DNA of 64,000 nucleotides. Source: Botryllus schlosseri (taxonomy: Eukaryota). This document shows positions 9,273 to 20,134 of the stretch, in pieces (the first letter of the stretch is position 1; the number at the start of each line of letters is the position of its first letter). A program made the translations under genes and the position numbers. The notes under the pieces are model-generated. The model saw only the letters and a program-made list of their open reading frames with translations, searched no databases and was not told the DNA's origin. Location: assembly GCA_051294905.1 (NCBI GenBank), contig CM119374.1, forward strand, positions 14,446,001 through 14,510,000, in the 5' to 3' direction.

Positions 9273-9991
9273 AATATATTCATATTACATCACACGAGTC
9301 TGATTTTACTATCGATCTCGCGAAACCGATAGATTCTGGTGAATGGGAGATAGGGCTTGCCGAGTTGTCTTTTAAAAATAATTTTCAGCCCACGTTCGAG
9401 CCTTACGACGGCTTATTATGGTACGTGAATGATGCGGAAGGCGATAATAATTTTTATTATTTCCCGGCTGGTGATTATCATGATAAAATTAGTTTGATGA
9501 AGCGTATCAATCACGATCAGAAAAAAGCACGATTTATTTGGGTAGATGGTTCTGGTCCGGTCTTGATAGCGGGACCCTACAAGAGTTCCAGCGGTCCGAC
9601 ACTTTTCATGGATAATAGAAACCCCGTTCTCAGAGGAGGCGCTCGTTCGGAGGTAGAGCTAGATGGCGGATTACATAGACGAAGAACGATTCACTTTCAA
9701 GGGGAACCTGTGTCCGTGACCAACGTTTTAGTTTATACGGATGTCATCACACCTCAAATTGTAGGTGATACGAGTGCGCCTCTACTTCGCAATATCCGCG
9801 TTACGACAGGAATAGATGAATATCAGCATATGCTATTCAAAAAAATATATTTCTTTCCTCTGAATACGGAGCGAGTAAGCCAGATTCGCGTTATGCTTCG
9901 TGATGATAAAGGCGAAGCTATAAAGTTTGGGAACGCGCCTCTTCATCTCACACTTGCTTTGAGACATCATGAGGAGTCATTATTGCTGTGA
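9269..9991 (+). CDS. Minor capsid protein (penton), copy 2
   Basis: FTIDLAKPI..GEWEIGLAELSF and VYTDVITPQIVGDTSAPLLR...YFFPL...LRDDKG. Confidence 0.87.
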   Translation: MKYIHITSHESDFTIDLAKPIDSGEWEIGLAELSFKNNFQPTFEPYDGLLWYVNDAEGDNNFYYFPAGDYHDKISLMKRINHDQKKARFIWVDGSGPVLIAGPYKSSSGPTLFMDNRNPVLRGGARSEVELDGGLHRRRTIHFQGEPVSVTNVLVYTDVITPQIVGDTSAPLLRNIRVTTGIDEYQHMLFKKIYFFPLNTERVSQIRVMLRDDKGEAIKFGNAPLHLTLALRHHEESLLL

Positions 9992-10340
9992 TCGGGAGGC
10001 GTTCAGAAACTATTATCACCAACAGAGCGGTGGTGATATCAATTTTTTTCGGGGTAAAGTGCAGAGAGGTCATGGACTTGGAAACTTATTTCGTTCGTTC
10101 GGAAGAAGCGTTATGCCCTTAATTTCGAAAGGTGCAAAATCACTCGGGAAGCGTCTACTACATACCGGTGCGCAAGTAGCCTCTGATGTTCTTAATGGAG
10201 AGAATGTCGGTGATAGTCTTAAAATACGCGGCAAAGAAGCCGCTGGGAACGCTCTCGATTCTTTACTGAGAAAAAGAAAAATACCAAGACGGGGCCGTAA
10301 GATCACGAAAAAGAGACGTCGCAAAGATATTTTCGATTAA
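9969..10340 (+). CDS. Small basic virion-type protein with QxGG/QxGxG protease-type sites and amphipathic helix
   Basis: YYHQQSGG...QRGHGLGNLFRSFGRSVMPL and an Arg/Lys-rich tail. Sits immediately before the MCP. Confidence 0.8.
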   Translation: MRSHYCCDREAFRNYYHQQSGGDINFFRGKVQRGHGLGNLFRSFGRSVMPLISKGAKSLGKRLLHTGAQVASDVLNGENVGDSLKIRGKEAAGNALDSLLRKRKIPRRGRKITKKRRRKDIFD

Positions 10341-10389
10341 ATATATATTACACGACGATAAGCATCATTTGTTACTTGAGACTTGATAG

Positions 10390-11667
10390 ATGGCGGAGTT
10401 AATTCATGTACAGTCCCCAGAGGGGGTACATCCCTCATTGGATTTATTTCACATTCCCGCGACACAGACTAGCGTTGAAAAGAAAAGAATCATCAAGATA
10501 GCACCGATTTCGAACAACTCTAGTGTGATAACATTCCGCTTTGAGGGCTCAGAAGACTTTATCGATTTGAGCGAGAGCTATTTCTTATTTCATTTACAAT
10601 TAAAGAAAGGTGGCGAAGCAATTGGCGCCGACGATGATGTTGGAGTTGTAAATAATATCTTGGATTCCTTGATTACTCAACTACAAATTAAAGTCGCTAA
10701 CGAAACTTTGAAACAAGATATAAAAGTACAGTGTTATTCGTCCTATCTGCACAATTTATTCGCTCCGCTTGACGTGCAAAGTACCACACTGAGGGCCTCA
10801 GGATGGAGAAAAGATACTTTAGGAGAAATGGATACGATCGGTGGAACTAACGCCTCGGCTAACAAAGGATATTACAACAGGAGTAAAGCCTATAAGGATG
10901 ATAACGTGGTGGAAATACGTGCAAAAATCCATCACGGACTATGTCTGCAAGACCGCTACATCCTACATGACGTGCCTCTCGAGTTTGAGCTTACCTTGAA
11001 TCCGAAAAGCTTTTTCATGATGGGAGATGCTACCGGTCAATTCACCTTAACGAAAAAGGAATTACAGTTATGTAGCGTACGAGTCAGCGACGATGTGAAG
11101 ACAGCGATGATGGTGAATGCCCAGGCGAAATATCCGTATATCGACATGAAATTGATCACCCGAACATTTGCGGCTGCTACGACGCAGATAGATATCGGGA
11201 ATCTATATAGCGGGACTCTACCTTCTCGCCTAATCATCGGAATGGTAGCTACGAAAGCCTTTCAAGGAGATGTTACGAAAAATCCTTATAATTTCATACA
11301 CAATAATATGCAACGACTCGAACTGAAACTGAACGGATTTCTGATTCCGGAGGGAGGTTATGAGCTAGATTTCGATAAGGGTCATTACACGGAGCTTTAC
11401 CATAACCTGATTGAGGGTACGGGTGCAATGGAGAGAAACACAGGACTCCTAACACCTGAAGAGTTCGCTAGTGGTTTCTGTCTACTGGTTTATAATTTGC
11501 GTCCTGATGATTTGGATGATTGCTTTGACTTACAAAAGAGTGGTACCTTAAGTTTACGGATCACATTTCCTGCTGGCGGGCTAACAGCGGAAACTACTTT
11601 GCTCTGTTTCATGGAATTCCAGAAGCTATTGCAAATCAGTAGCAGTCGTAAAGTGACCGTGCTATGA
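10390..11667 (+). CDS. Major capsid protein (double jelly roll, hexon-like)
   Basis: LDLFHIPATQTSVE, G.LPSRLIIGMV...AFQG...NPYNF, GFCLLVYNL. 425 aa, intact. Confidence 0.93.
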   Translation: MAELIHVQSPEGVHPSLDLFHIPATQTSVEKKRIIKIAPISNNSSVITFRFEGSEDFIDLSESYFLFHLQLKKGGEAIGADDDVGVVNNILDSLITQLQIKVANETLKQDIKVQCYSSYLHNLFAPLDVQSTTLRASGWRKDTLGEMDTIGGTNASANKGYYNRSKAYKDDNVVEIRAKIHHGLCLQDRYILHDVPLEFELTLNPKSFFMMGDATGQFTLTKKELQLCSVRVSDDVKTAMMVNAQAKYPYIDMKLITRTFAAATTQIDIGNLYSGTLPSRLIIGMVATKAFQGDVTKNPYNFIHNNMQRLELKLNGFLIPEGGYELDFDKGHYTELYHNLIEGTGAMERNTGLLTPEEFASGFCLLVYNLRPDDLDDCFDLQKSGTLSLRITFPAGGLTAETTLLCFMEFQKLLQISSSRKVTVL

Positions 11668-12119
11668 ACGGGGATGAAATAGACCAAATATTGTGGTGCT
11701 GCGAGTCAACAAAACATATTTTCCTTGGTACATTTCCTATCGATCGACTGCCGAGGCGACCCCCTCCTCCTTATGCTATCGTGATCAATTATGACGAAGC
11801 TCGAAAAATCGGAAGTCACTGGATATGCATTTACGCGGATGAGGATGAGACACATTTTCACGATAGTTTTGGCTTAATGCCACTGAAATACGAGATTGCC
11901 TGCTTTATAGAACCAGAAAATTATACCTGCTCTATAAAGCGTCTGCAGCACAAACGTTCCAGAGCGTGCGGTCATCATTGTCTAAGCTTTATCGTTCATA
12001 AGGCGCGCGGATGGAGTACGGAACGTTATTTAAATTCCTTTGGCGAAGATCACCGCAAGAATGATTCGATCGTGCGTCGCTTCGTCAAGGAGCTGAAGCA
12101 AGAAAATGAAATTGTGTAA
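11664..12119 (+). CDS. Adenain-like cysteine maturation protease
   Basis: IVINYD..GSHW, FHDSFG, LQ..RSRACGHHC (His/Asp/Gln/Cys set present). Confidence 0.95.
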   Translation: MNGDEIDQILWCCESTKHIFLGTFPIDRLPRRPPPPYAIVINYDEARKIGSHWICIYADEDETHFHDSFGLMPLKYEIACFIEPENYTCSIKRLQHKRSRACGHHCLSFIVHKARGWSTERYLNSFGEDHRKNDSIVRRFVKELKQENEIV

Positions 12120-12130
12120 ATGTATATGCG

Positions 12131-12136
12131 AATAAA
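12131..12136 (+). terminator. AATAAA polyadenylation signal closing the viral gene block
   Basis: 11 nt after the protease stop, followed by T/G-rich sequence. Confidence 0.6.
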
Positions 12137-12242
12137 ATCAATAGTTTCAAAGTTTGCTTAGTACGTTTAAGGGCGATATTCGCTACGTTCATTATAGCAA
12201 TCATCTCAATCAGCAGTAGCGACCTGCTTTCGATTAGGCGAT

Positions 12243-13099
12243 AGTGGCTACATATTACCATCATCTAGCAAGAAACAGGAATTTGTATTGAGTGACTTCG
12301 CTCCTACAGCAAACGCAACTTACATTACGGCGTTACTGAACATCGAGTAATAAGCGGGACTAGTCAGGCTACCCTTAATACGAATTTGCATTTTGCTGGT
12401 ACAATCTATGCTATAGTTGAGCGACTTTGATACGACCTCAGCACACTTCTTTGATATAGCTGCGCAACGATCTAGACTTGAACGTCTGATACAGATGTGA
12501 TGTTATAGCTTCAACTCATAGCGTTTTAGGAGATAAATTATAGCATAGGTTATAGATTTTATTCACAATCGGAAAAGCATCAGTTCACTAACTATTAAAA
12601 TCACGCATCTAAAAGCAGCTTATGGACTAGTGGCTTCATATTATCATCATCTAGCAGGAACCAGGAATTTGTATTGAGTGACTTCGTTCCTATAGCCCCT
12701 GCAAACGCAGCTTACGTTAATACGGCGTTACTGAACATCGAGTAATAAGCGGGACTAGCCAGGCTACACTTAATACGAATTTGCATTTTGCGGGTACAAT
12801 CTATGCTATAGTTGAGCGACTTGAAATGATACGACCTTGGCATACTTCTTCGATATAGATGTAGCTGCGCAACGATGTAGCCTTGAACGCCGACGTCTGG
12901 AACAGCCGCGATGTCGGTGATCTGAAATCTTAAGATATAGCTTCAACCCGCAGTGGCATAGCGTTTTAAAAAAAGAGATAAATTATAGCATATAGACATA
13001 GGTTTAGCTATAGATTTTATTCACTATCGGAAATGTTATGATAACGCATCAGTACACTAGCTATTAAAATCACATATCTAAAGCAGCAGCTTATGGACT
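12243..13099. repeat. Two diverged tandem units (12243-12628, 12629-13099) related to the 713-bp array
   Basis: Both start AGTGGCT.CATATTA.CATCATCTAGCA and end AGCAGCTTATGGACT. They share blocks (GAGTAATAA, TAGCTTCAA, AAATTATA) with the 713-bp unit. Confidence 0.85.
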
Positions 13100-13286
13100 T
13101 GTAAAATCAACATAATATCAGTAGTTAGATGCTTGCTACAACTCGCAATTTACCGCCTTTATGGCATGAGTAAAGCTAGCTAAAGATTTAGCTTCAAGAC
13201 GCTATGGCGTAGCGAATTTTAGAATAGCTCATAAATTATATTTTTCAGCCCACGTTTTGCGACTTTAGTATAGGTATTGGATCTAA

Positions 13287-16200
13287 TTGGTGGTTAACAT
13301 TATAGCCACGCATAGAACTCATTATTACGTTAGCTATTGGAGAAATCTCAACGTAAATCAATCCGCGTTCACAATTCGCGTAAGCTAATGCTGCATCGAG
13401 AAATTATAGCTACATTTAGTTTAAATTGGAACGAAAATACATTGATCTTACCTTATGCCTGCGATGCCTGCATCCCTGCGCACATGGCAATACTTGTCAG
13501 CAGCTTATGGACTTGTAAAATCAACATAATATCAGTAGTTAGATGCTTGCTACAACTCGCAATTTACCGCCTTTATGACATGAGTAAAGCTAGCTAAAGA
13601 TTTAGCTTCAAGACGCTGTGGCGTAGCGAATTTTAGAATAGCTCATAAATTATATTTTTCAGCCCACGTTTTGCGACTTTAGTATAGGTATTGGATCTAA
13701 TATATTCTATAAAACATGTGATTACGTTATTAGCTATTTAAATGATGCGATATAGGGGAAATCTCGGTGTAATTCAATCTGCGCATCATTGAAAAAATTA
13801 TAGCCAATTATTGATGAGGCAGTGGGGCAATCTGGTGAGGTTCTTGGCCGCGTGAAATAGGATGTTTCAGCTTAAAACTCAACGCATTAGCATGCCTAAT
13901 TTATAACCACAGCGAGATTCGAGTAATAACCGAGGCTAGATAGTCTACCTTTAACAGAAAACTTGCATATACATTCGAATTTGTACGACTTCGGCTATAT
14001 TGGTGGTTAACATTATAGCCACGCATAGAACTCATTATTACGTTAGCTATTGGAGAAATCTCAACGTAAATCAATCCGCGTTCACAATTCGCGTAAGCTA
14101 ATGCTGCATCGAGAAATTATAGCTACATTTAGTTTAAATTGGAACGAAAATACATTGATCTTACCTTATGCCTGCGATGCCTGCATCCCTGCGCACATGG
14201 CAATACTTGTCAGCAGCTTATGGACTTGTAAAATCAACATAATATCAGTAGTTAGATGCTTGCTACAACTCGCAATTTACCGCCTTTATGGCATGAGTAA
14301 AGCTAGCTAAAGATTTAGCTTCAAGACGCTGTGGCGTAGCGAATTTTAGAATAGCTCATAAATTATATTTTTCAGCCCACGTTTTGCGACTTTAGTATAG
14401 GTATTGGATCTAATATATTCTATAAAACATGTAATTACGTTATTAGCTATTTAAATGATGCGATATAGGGGAAATCTCGGTGTAATTCAATCTGCGCATC
14501 ATTGAAAAAATTATAGCCAATTATTGATGAGGCAGTGGGGCAATCTGGTGAGGTTCTTGGCTGCGTGAAATAGGATGTTTCAGCTTAAAACTCAACGCAT
14601 TAGCATGCCTAATTTATAACCACAGCGAGATTCGAGTAATAACCGAGGCTAGATAGTCTACCTTTAACAGAAAACTTGCATATACATTCGAATTTGTACG
14701 ACTTCGGCTATATTGGTGGTTAACATTATAGCCACGCATAGAACTCATTATTACGTTAGCTATTGGAGAAATCTCAACGTAAATCAATCCGCGTTCACAA
14801 TTCGCGTAAGCTAATGCTGCATCGAGAAATTATAGCTACATTTAGTTTAAATTGGAACGAAAATACATTGATCTTACCTTATGCCTGCGATGCCTGCATC
14901 CCTGCGCACATGGCAATACTTGTCAGCAGCTTATGGACTTGTAAAATCAACATAATATCAGTAGTTAGATGCTTGCTACAACTCGCAATTTACCGCCTTT
15001 ATGGCATGAGTAAAGCTAGCTAAAGATTTAGCTTCAAGACGCTGTGGCGTAGCGAATTTTAGAATAGCTCATAAATTATATTTTTCAGCCCACGTTTTGC
15101 GACTTTAGTATAGGTATTGGATCTAATATATTCTATAAAACATGTAATTACGTTATTAGCTATTTAAATGATGCGATATAGGGGAAATCTCGGTGTAATT
15201 CAATCTGCGCATCATTGAAAAAATTATAGCCAATTATTGATGAGGCAGTGGGGCAATCTGGTGAGGTTCTTGGCTGCGTGAAATAGGATGTTTCAGCTTA
15301 AAACTCAACGCATTAGCATGCCTAATTTATAACCACAGCGAGATTCGAGTAATAACCGAGGCTAGATAGTCTACCTTTAACAGAAAACTTGCATATACAT
15401 TCGAATTTGTACGACTTCGGCTATATTGGTGGTTAACATTATAGCCACGCATAGAACTCATTATTACGTTAGCTATTGGAGAAATCTCAACGTAAATCAA
15501 TCCGCGTTCACAATTCGCGTAAGCTAATGCTGCATCGAGAAATTATAGCTACATTTAGTTTAAATTGGAACGAAAATACATTGATCTTACCTTATGCCTG
15601 CGATGCCTGCATCCCTGCGCACATGGCAATACTTGTCAGCAGCTTATGGACTTGTAAAATCAACATAATATCAGTAGTTAGATGCTTGCTACAACTCGCA
15701 ATTTACCGCCTTTATGGCATGAGTAAAGCTAGCTAAAGATTTAGCTTCAAGACGCTGTGGCGTAGCGAATTTTAGAATAGCTCATAAATTATATTTTTCA
15801 GCCCACGTTTTGCGACTTTAGTATAGGTATTGGATCTAGTATATTCTATAAAACATGTAATTACGTTATTAGCTATTTAAATGATGCGATATAAGGGAAA
15901 TCTCGGTGTAATTCAATCTGCGCATCATTGAAAAAATTATAGCCAATTATTGATGAGGCAGTGGCGCAATCTGGTGAGGTTCTTGGCTGCGTGAAATAGG
16001 ATGTTTCAGCTTAAAACTCAACGCATTAGCATGCCTAATTTATAACCACAGCGAGATTCGAGTAATAACCGAGGCTAGATAGTCTACCTTTAACAGAAAA
16101 CTTGCATATACATTCGAATTTGTGCGACTTCGGCTATATTGCCGGTTAACATTATAGCCACGCACAGAACTCATTATTACGTTAGCTATTGGAGAAATCT

Positions 16201-16330
16201 CAACGTAAATCAATCTGCGTTCACAATCCACGTAAGCTAATGCTGCATCGAGAAATTATAGCTACATTTAGTTTAAATTGGTACGAAAATACATTGATCT
16301 TACCTTATGCCTGCGATGGCTGCCTCGCTG
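13287..16330. repeat. Tandem array of 713-bp units (starts 13287, 14000, 14713, 15426, partial 16139), preceded by a deleted unit at 13084-13286
   Basis: Exact 713 spacing of TTGGTGGTTAAC, and of the repeated 86-aa ORF calls. Only a few substitutions between units. Confidence 0.97.
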
Positions 16331-16858
16331 CGCACATACTTGTAATAGAAATGCGAAGTTTTCAGAATGCGAATTGCTTTACGTCGGAACTAAACATTCT
16401 AATTCGTAACGCCAACGCGGCATTTTCTTGGAAACGCAACTTTATTTAGAATGTTCTAATTCACTTTGTCGATGTGGCGCAACTTTTTGGAATCGTAAGC
16501 AACTGTATTCGTGGCACATTTACACGCGTCAATTTCTTGGAATAGTATTCAGCAATATGCGCGTGAGCTTTCGCGTCATTGTAGACATTTATGGTGGCGA
16601 TATCTGCATTATCAAGTTGCATTCGCAGAATTCCTCAAAATCATTGACTAATTAATGATGACACAAGTGTTATAGTCGAACATAGTCTTACATTTATGTG
16701 TTATTACTCGAAAAAGGTGTTGTCTCGGAATTTAAGAGAGAATCGGTGGTTATATTCTCAAAACAGCTCAATACGCCTAGTTTGCTCAATAGACTGGTGG
16801 TGGGCGATGTGAAATTATACCCAACCAAACCAGGTTCGATTCTAGCTAAGGTAAGTTT

Positions 16859-17178
16859 TGACGTGGCAATGAGTGACATAGGTGCAGCAATCGACATCGC
16901 GCGGGTTGATGCTGTGCAGCCTATAGATGCGGCAATCAATGCGGTGATGATATGGCAATGGATGATGTGACACTATAGACGTGGCAATGGGTGTGCTATA
17001 GGTGCGGCAAGTGACGTGGCAATGGGTGTCCTATAGGTGCGGCAATGGGTGGATGATGTGGCAATGGGTGTCCTATAGGTGCGGCAATGGGCGGATGATG
17101 TGGTAATGTAGGCGTGGCAATTAAGGCGACGTGGCGAAATTTGATTGGCCTGCAACAAAAACGGATAACAACACTACT
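16859..17178 (-). promoter_or_regulatory. Putative Polinton terminal repeat with GTGGCAAT/ATAGGTGCGGCAA repeats, four GACGTGGC motifs and an ERSE
   Basis: 42-bp tandem units at about 17022-17105. GACGTGGC at 16860, 16978, 17013, 17128. CCAAT-N9-CCACG on the minus strand at 17130-17148. ACTACT end. Confidence 0.65.
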
Positions 17179-18896
17179 CATCCGCCCCATCGCATGCACT
17201 TTCTGATCAACTATGAGTACCACTGTTGCTTCGATTGTATCACCGTATCTGATCAATGAATCATTTCTCAATTATCCACCGGAAGGACATCACGCCGCGC
17301 ATTGTGTAATGCAGAAGCTCGGGAATGAGCGGAAGTAAAACTTATGCTTTCGAGCATGCACCAAATAATTACATAGTTAGATCTAGCCGGATCATGCCAT
17401 GATACGCATTTTTCGGTGTTTATAGGTTAGCGCAAACGTTTTGTTTCCGTTCGAGTTCGGTATACGCGAATAATGATATTTCACAGATTGACGTATGAAA
17501 AGAACCGTAGTAGATCTACCCTGTGAGCGTTTTCGGGAATGCTCTTAATTTTACTGAAATATTAACATTTTTGGTTGAAATTCGATGAAATTGAACAGAC
17601 AGAGAGACAGATTATGAAATTTTTACTGTACAGACAGACAATCAAACAGACAAACGTACAGTATATTGCTTCGTCAAAAATATCAATTTGGACTGAAACT
17701 TCCTATGTACCCACTGCATCGCACTAGGGACGAGAGAGTGAGGAAGTTATTAGAAAATTACTGGTTATGTCCTTGGCCCGTACGTGTGCTAATCATTAGA
17801 GCGAGATCACTATCTTCTTACAAAGTGTAAGTGGTAACTATTGTATACACCAGCTAGAGACACATACGGTCTGGACTCAAAACATTCTACCAGTGGCACA
17901 ATACTACTGGGTGCTGATCATAAGGGCAGTGGTCGGATATAGCTCAGTGGATATAACCGATTCCCACCAATTCTATATTGAACAGTCTTTCGAAATATTA
18001 TAAGATCAACGAATAAATTGGCATTACTTGTTACTATGAATGAGTTTTTTGTAACACAGCTGACTGATAAATCTGTGAAAGAATCGGCTGACAAAAGTTT
18101 GAATCCGACTACCGCTTGTGGGCCATAAACTCCTGGGATTTTACTAACAAGTTGCTGATCATGTTCGTACCAGGGCTGTGAACAATGATTGGAGTACTAG
18201 AATCTGATGCGAGTAATAATTGCAATGATCCGTGTCGAAGAGCAAGAGTAGACTTTTACAACTACCGAAATATTACGCCCCTTTCCACTAACATTTAATT
18301 TTTCAACGAGAATTCTACTTTCGATACTATATTTCCACCACGGAAGTCTAGAAACCTCGATCGACCATATTACAGCATATACAGATAATGTGGTACAAAG
18401 CTATATGCATGCCAGTGTAAATGGCATATCTGAGTCGTGATCAACCCACAACATTGTCACAAAGTGCAATAACATTATTATTAATATTAGTATTGTAAAA
18501 AGTGATAGAGGCGCTTTTCTCCCATATGGGGCTGGTACGCCGAGGTCGGTCATTACCTTCTGGTACAGGGTCGGCGGCGGATATGGGAAAATGAAGCACT
18601 TGGCGGGCCAGATTACAGAATATATACATTTTATACCTTAATCGCGTATTTATCCGCCTATAAAAGGAATCAATTTTATTTAATGTAAACTTCAAGTTTA
18701 AAGCTTGGAGAATAAAAACAGTATTTAATGAATTTATTTACAACAGCTATTGAAGTCAATCAGACATCTGTGGTCGTCCAATATTGTCAACTAGTTGTTT
18801 GAACTCTGGTTGCATGTCATATGCGGAAACCCTTAGTAAAGCTGCCCGCAAACATCTGTTATATTGGAACGCAGCCTTCCTCGTTAATGTTCGTGG

Positions 18897-19752
18897 CAGC
18901 GTTGGGATGAAGTCACTACCTTTGAGTCACAAGCCATCTCGAATCAAGTCAAGTCACTTTATTTTCAAAGGTGACTCATCGGGTCAAGTCAAGTCACTCG
19001 ATTTTTGGAAGTGACTTGAGTTAGGTCGAGTTAAGTCAAGTCAAGTCACGAGTCAAATCACTCGATTTTTAGAGGTGACCCGAGTCAAGTCGAGTCGAGT
19101 CAAGTCAAGTTGAAATGTCAAAGTACTATAATAGACATGATTCAAAGTCATTACATTTTGCTAATTGTTTCAAATACAGATGAAGTACCCATTTATTCTG
19201 AAAAGAGGAACGAATAGTGGATTATACGCGCAAAAGGCACTGTATCGCTCACGCATACGTAGAACTGCTCATCTACGCAAGTATAGCGGTATAGCCTTAG
19301 TGATTAAATATCAGCCAAAATACAGGATAACATACGAAACCACAGAAAGTTTAAAAATGATATAGTTCAATACCCTACCCACCTACATATCCATGATATA
19401 CAATTATGAACGCATGAGCGATATTCGTTTGATTTAAATTATATACAAGAGGGTTGGTCAAGGTGAGCAAGGTTACGACAACGTGAGCTGTTGTATAAGC
19501 TCCCATCATTGTTTTTGCGATCGATTTATTTGTGATATAACAATCCGGATATGGCAATCCGAACTTATAAAAGATACAGCGATTTAGTCGACATCGATTA
19601 CTTGATGACTTGAAATTGACTCGTAAGTTTGGCTTCAGGTCACGAGTCAATCTGCATTTCTGAAGCGTTGAGTCAAGTCAAGTCATTTTTCCAATGTGAC
19701 TCGAGTCATGTCAAGTCATACGAAAAAGGTGACTCGAGTCATCCCAACACTT
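18897..19752 (+). mobile_element. hAT-type MITE with GAGTCAAGTC subterminal repeats (family A)
   Basis: TIR CAGCGTTGGGATGA...TCATCCCAACACT; 8-bp TSD GTTCGTGG/GTTCATGG. Confidence 0.85.
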
Positions 19753-20134
19753 GTTCATGGTTGAAAATGTATGTAGACTGGGTTAGGTTTAGGCTGATGG
19801 GTATGAATGAGTGGGGTTAGCGTGGAGTTTCGATACAGTTTGCAGTGCAGTGTGCACTGTGCATAGTGTGCATGTATCGTGTAGGAGCTTATAGATCGTC
19901 TGGGTTCCGTTCTATGTGTCTGTGAGCATTGCGGTTATGAGTTTATTGTGTCGTACTAATATAATATTATAACTGCATAGACTTGTGGTGTTGTTAGTCT
20001 CAGGCCATATATTGAGTGTGTGTCGTTTGAGCGGTCGGCAGTTGCAAAGAGACGAGGTCCCGAGCCCAGTGGCAGTAACACACACGCGAACCCGTTGTCG
20101 CTACGAGTAGCCTATACGCCGTGACGGGGTCGCT

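Larger units (their letters stand above)
1..17178 (+). mobile_element. Endogenous Polinton/Maverick (adintovirus-type) virus, left end outside window
   Basis: Co-oriented cluster of pPolB, A32-like ATPase, rve integrase, two pentons, double jelly-roll capsid and adenain. Putative right terminus ACTACT at 17173-17178 (AGTAGT on the minus strand, the canonical Polinton end), preceded by GC-rich short repeats. The right boundary is inferred because the left TIR and TSD are not visible. Confidence 0.93.

Noticed and set aside
9382-9396. 15-nt match TTTTCAGCCCACGTT between penton 2 and the array unit
   Set aside because: Borderline for chance given the AT-rich search space; not counted as a second island without a proper k-mer test.
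11688-11706. LWCCE as an LxCxE Rb-binding motif in the protease
   Set aside because: Lies in the folded N-terminus of a structural enzyme with no acidic context; likely chance.
13287-16330. CRISPR-like array reading of the 713-bp repeats
   Set aside because: Units are near-identical with no variable spacers, and there are no cas genes. Only one captured island is well supported.
13337-16449. Five repeated 86-aa ORFs
   Set aside because: TTG starts, no recognisable protein features; a by-product of the tandem repeat.
17430-17730. Helitron/DINE-like element (CAGACAGA microsatellite, CTAG)
   Set aside because: Termini and hairpin could not be defined.
17903-17908. Alternative ACTACT as the Polinton right end
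   Set aside because: Not preceded by TIR-like repeats; 17173-17178 fits better. Neither is proven without the left end.
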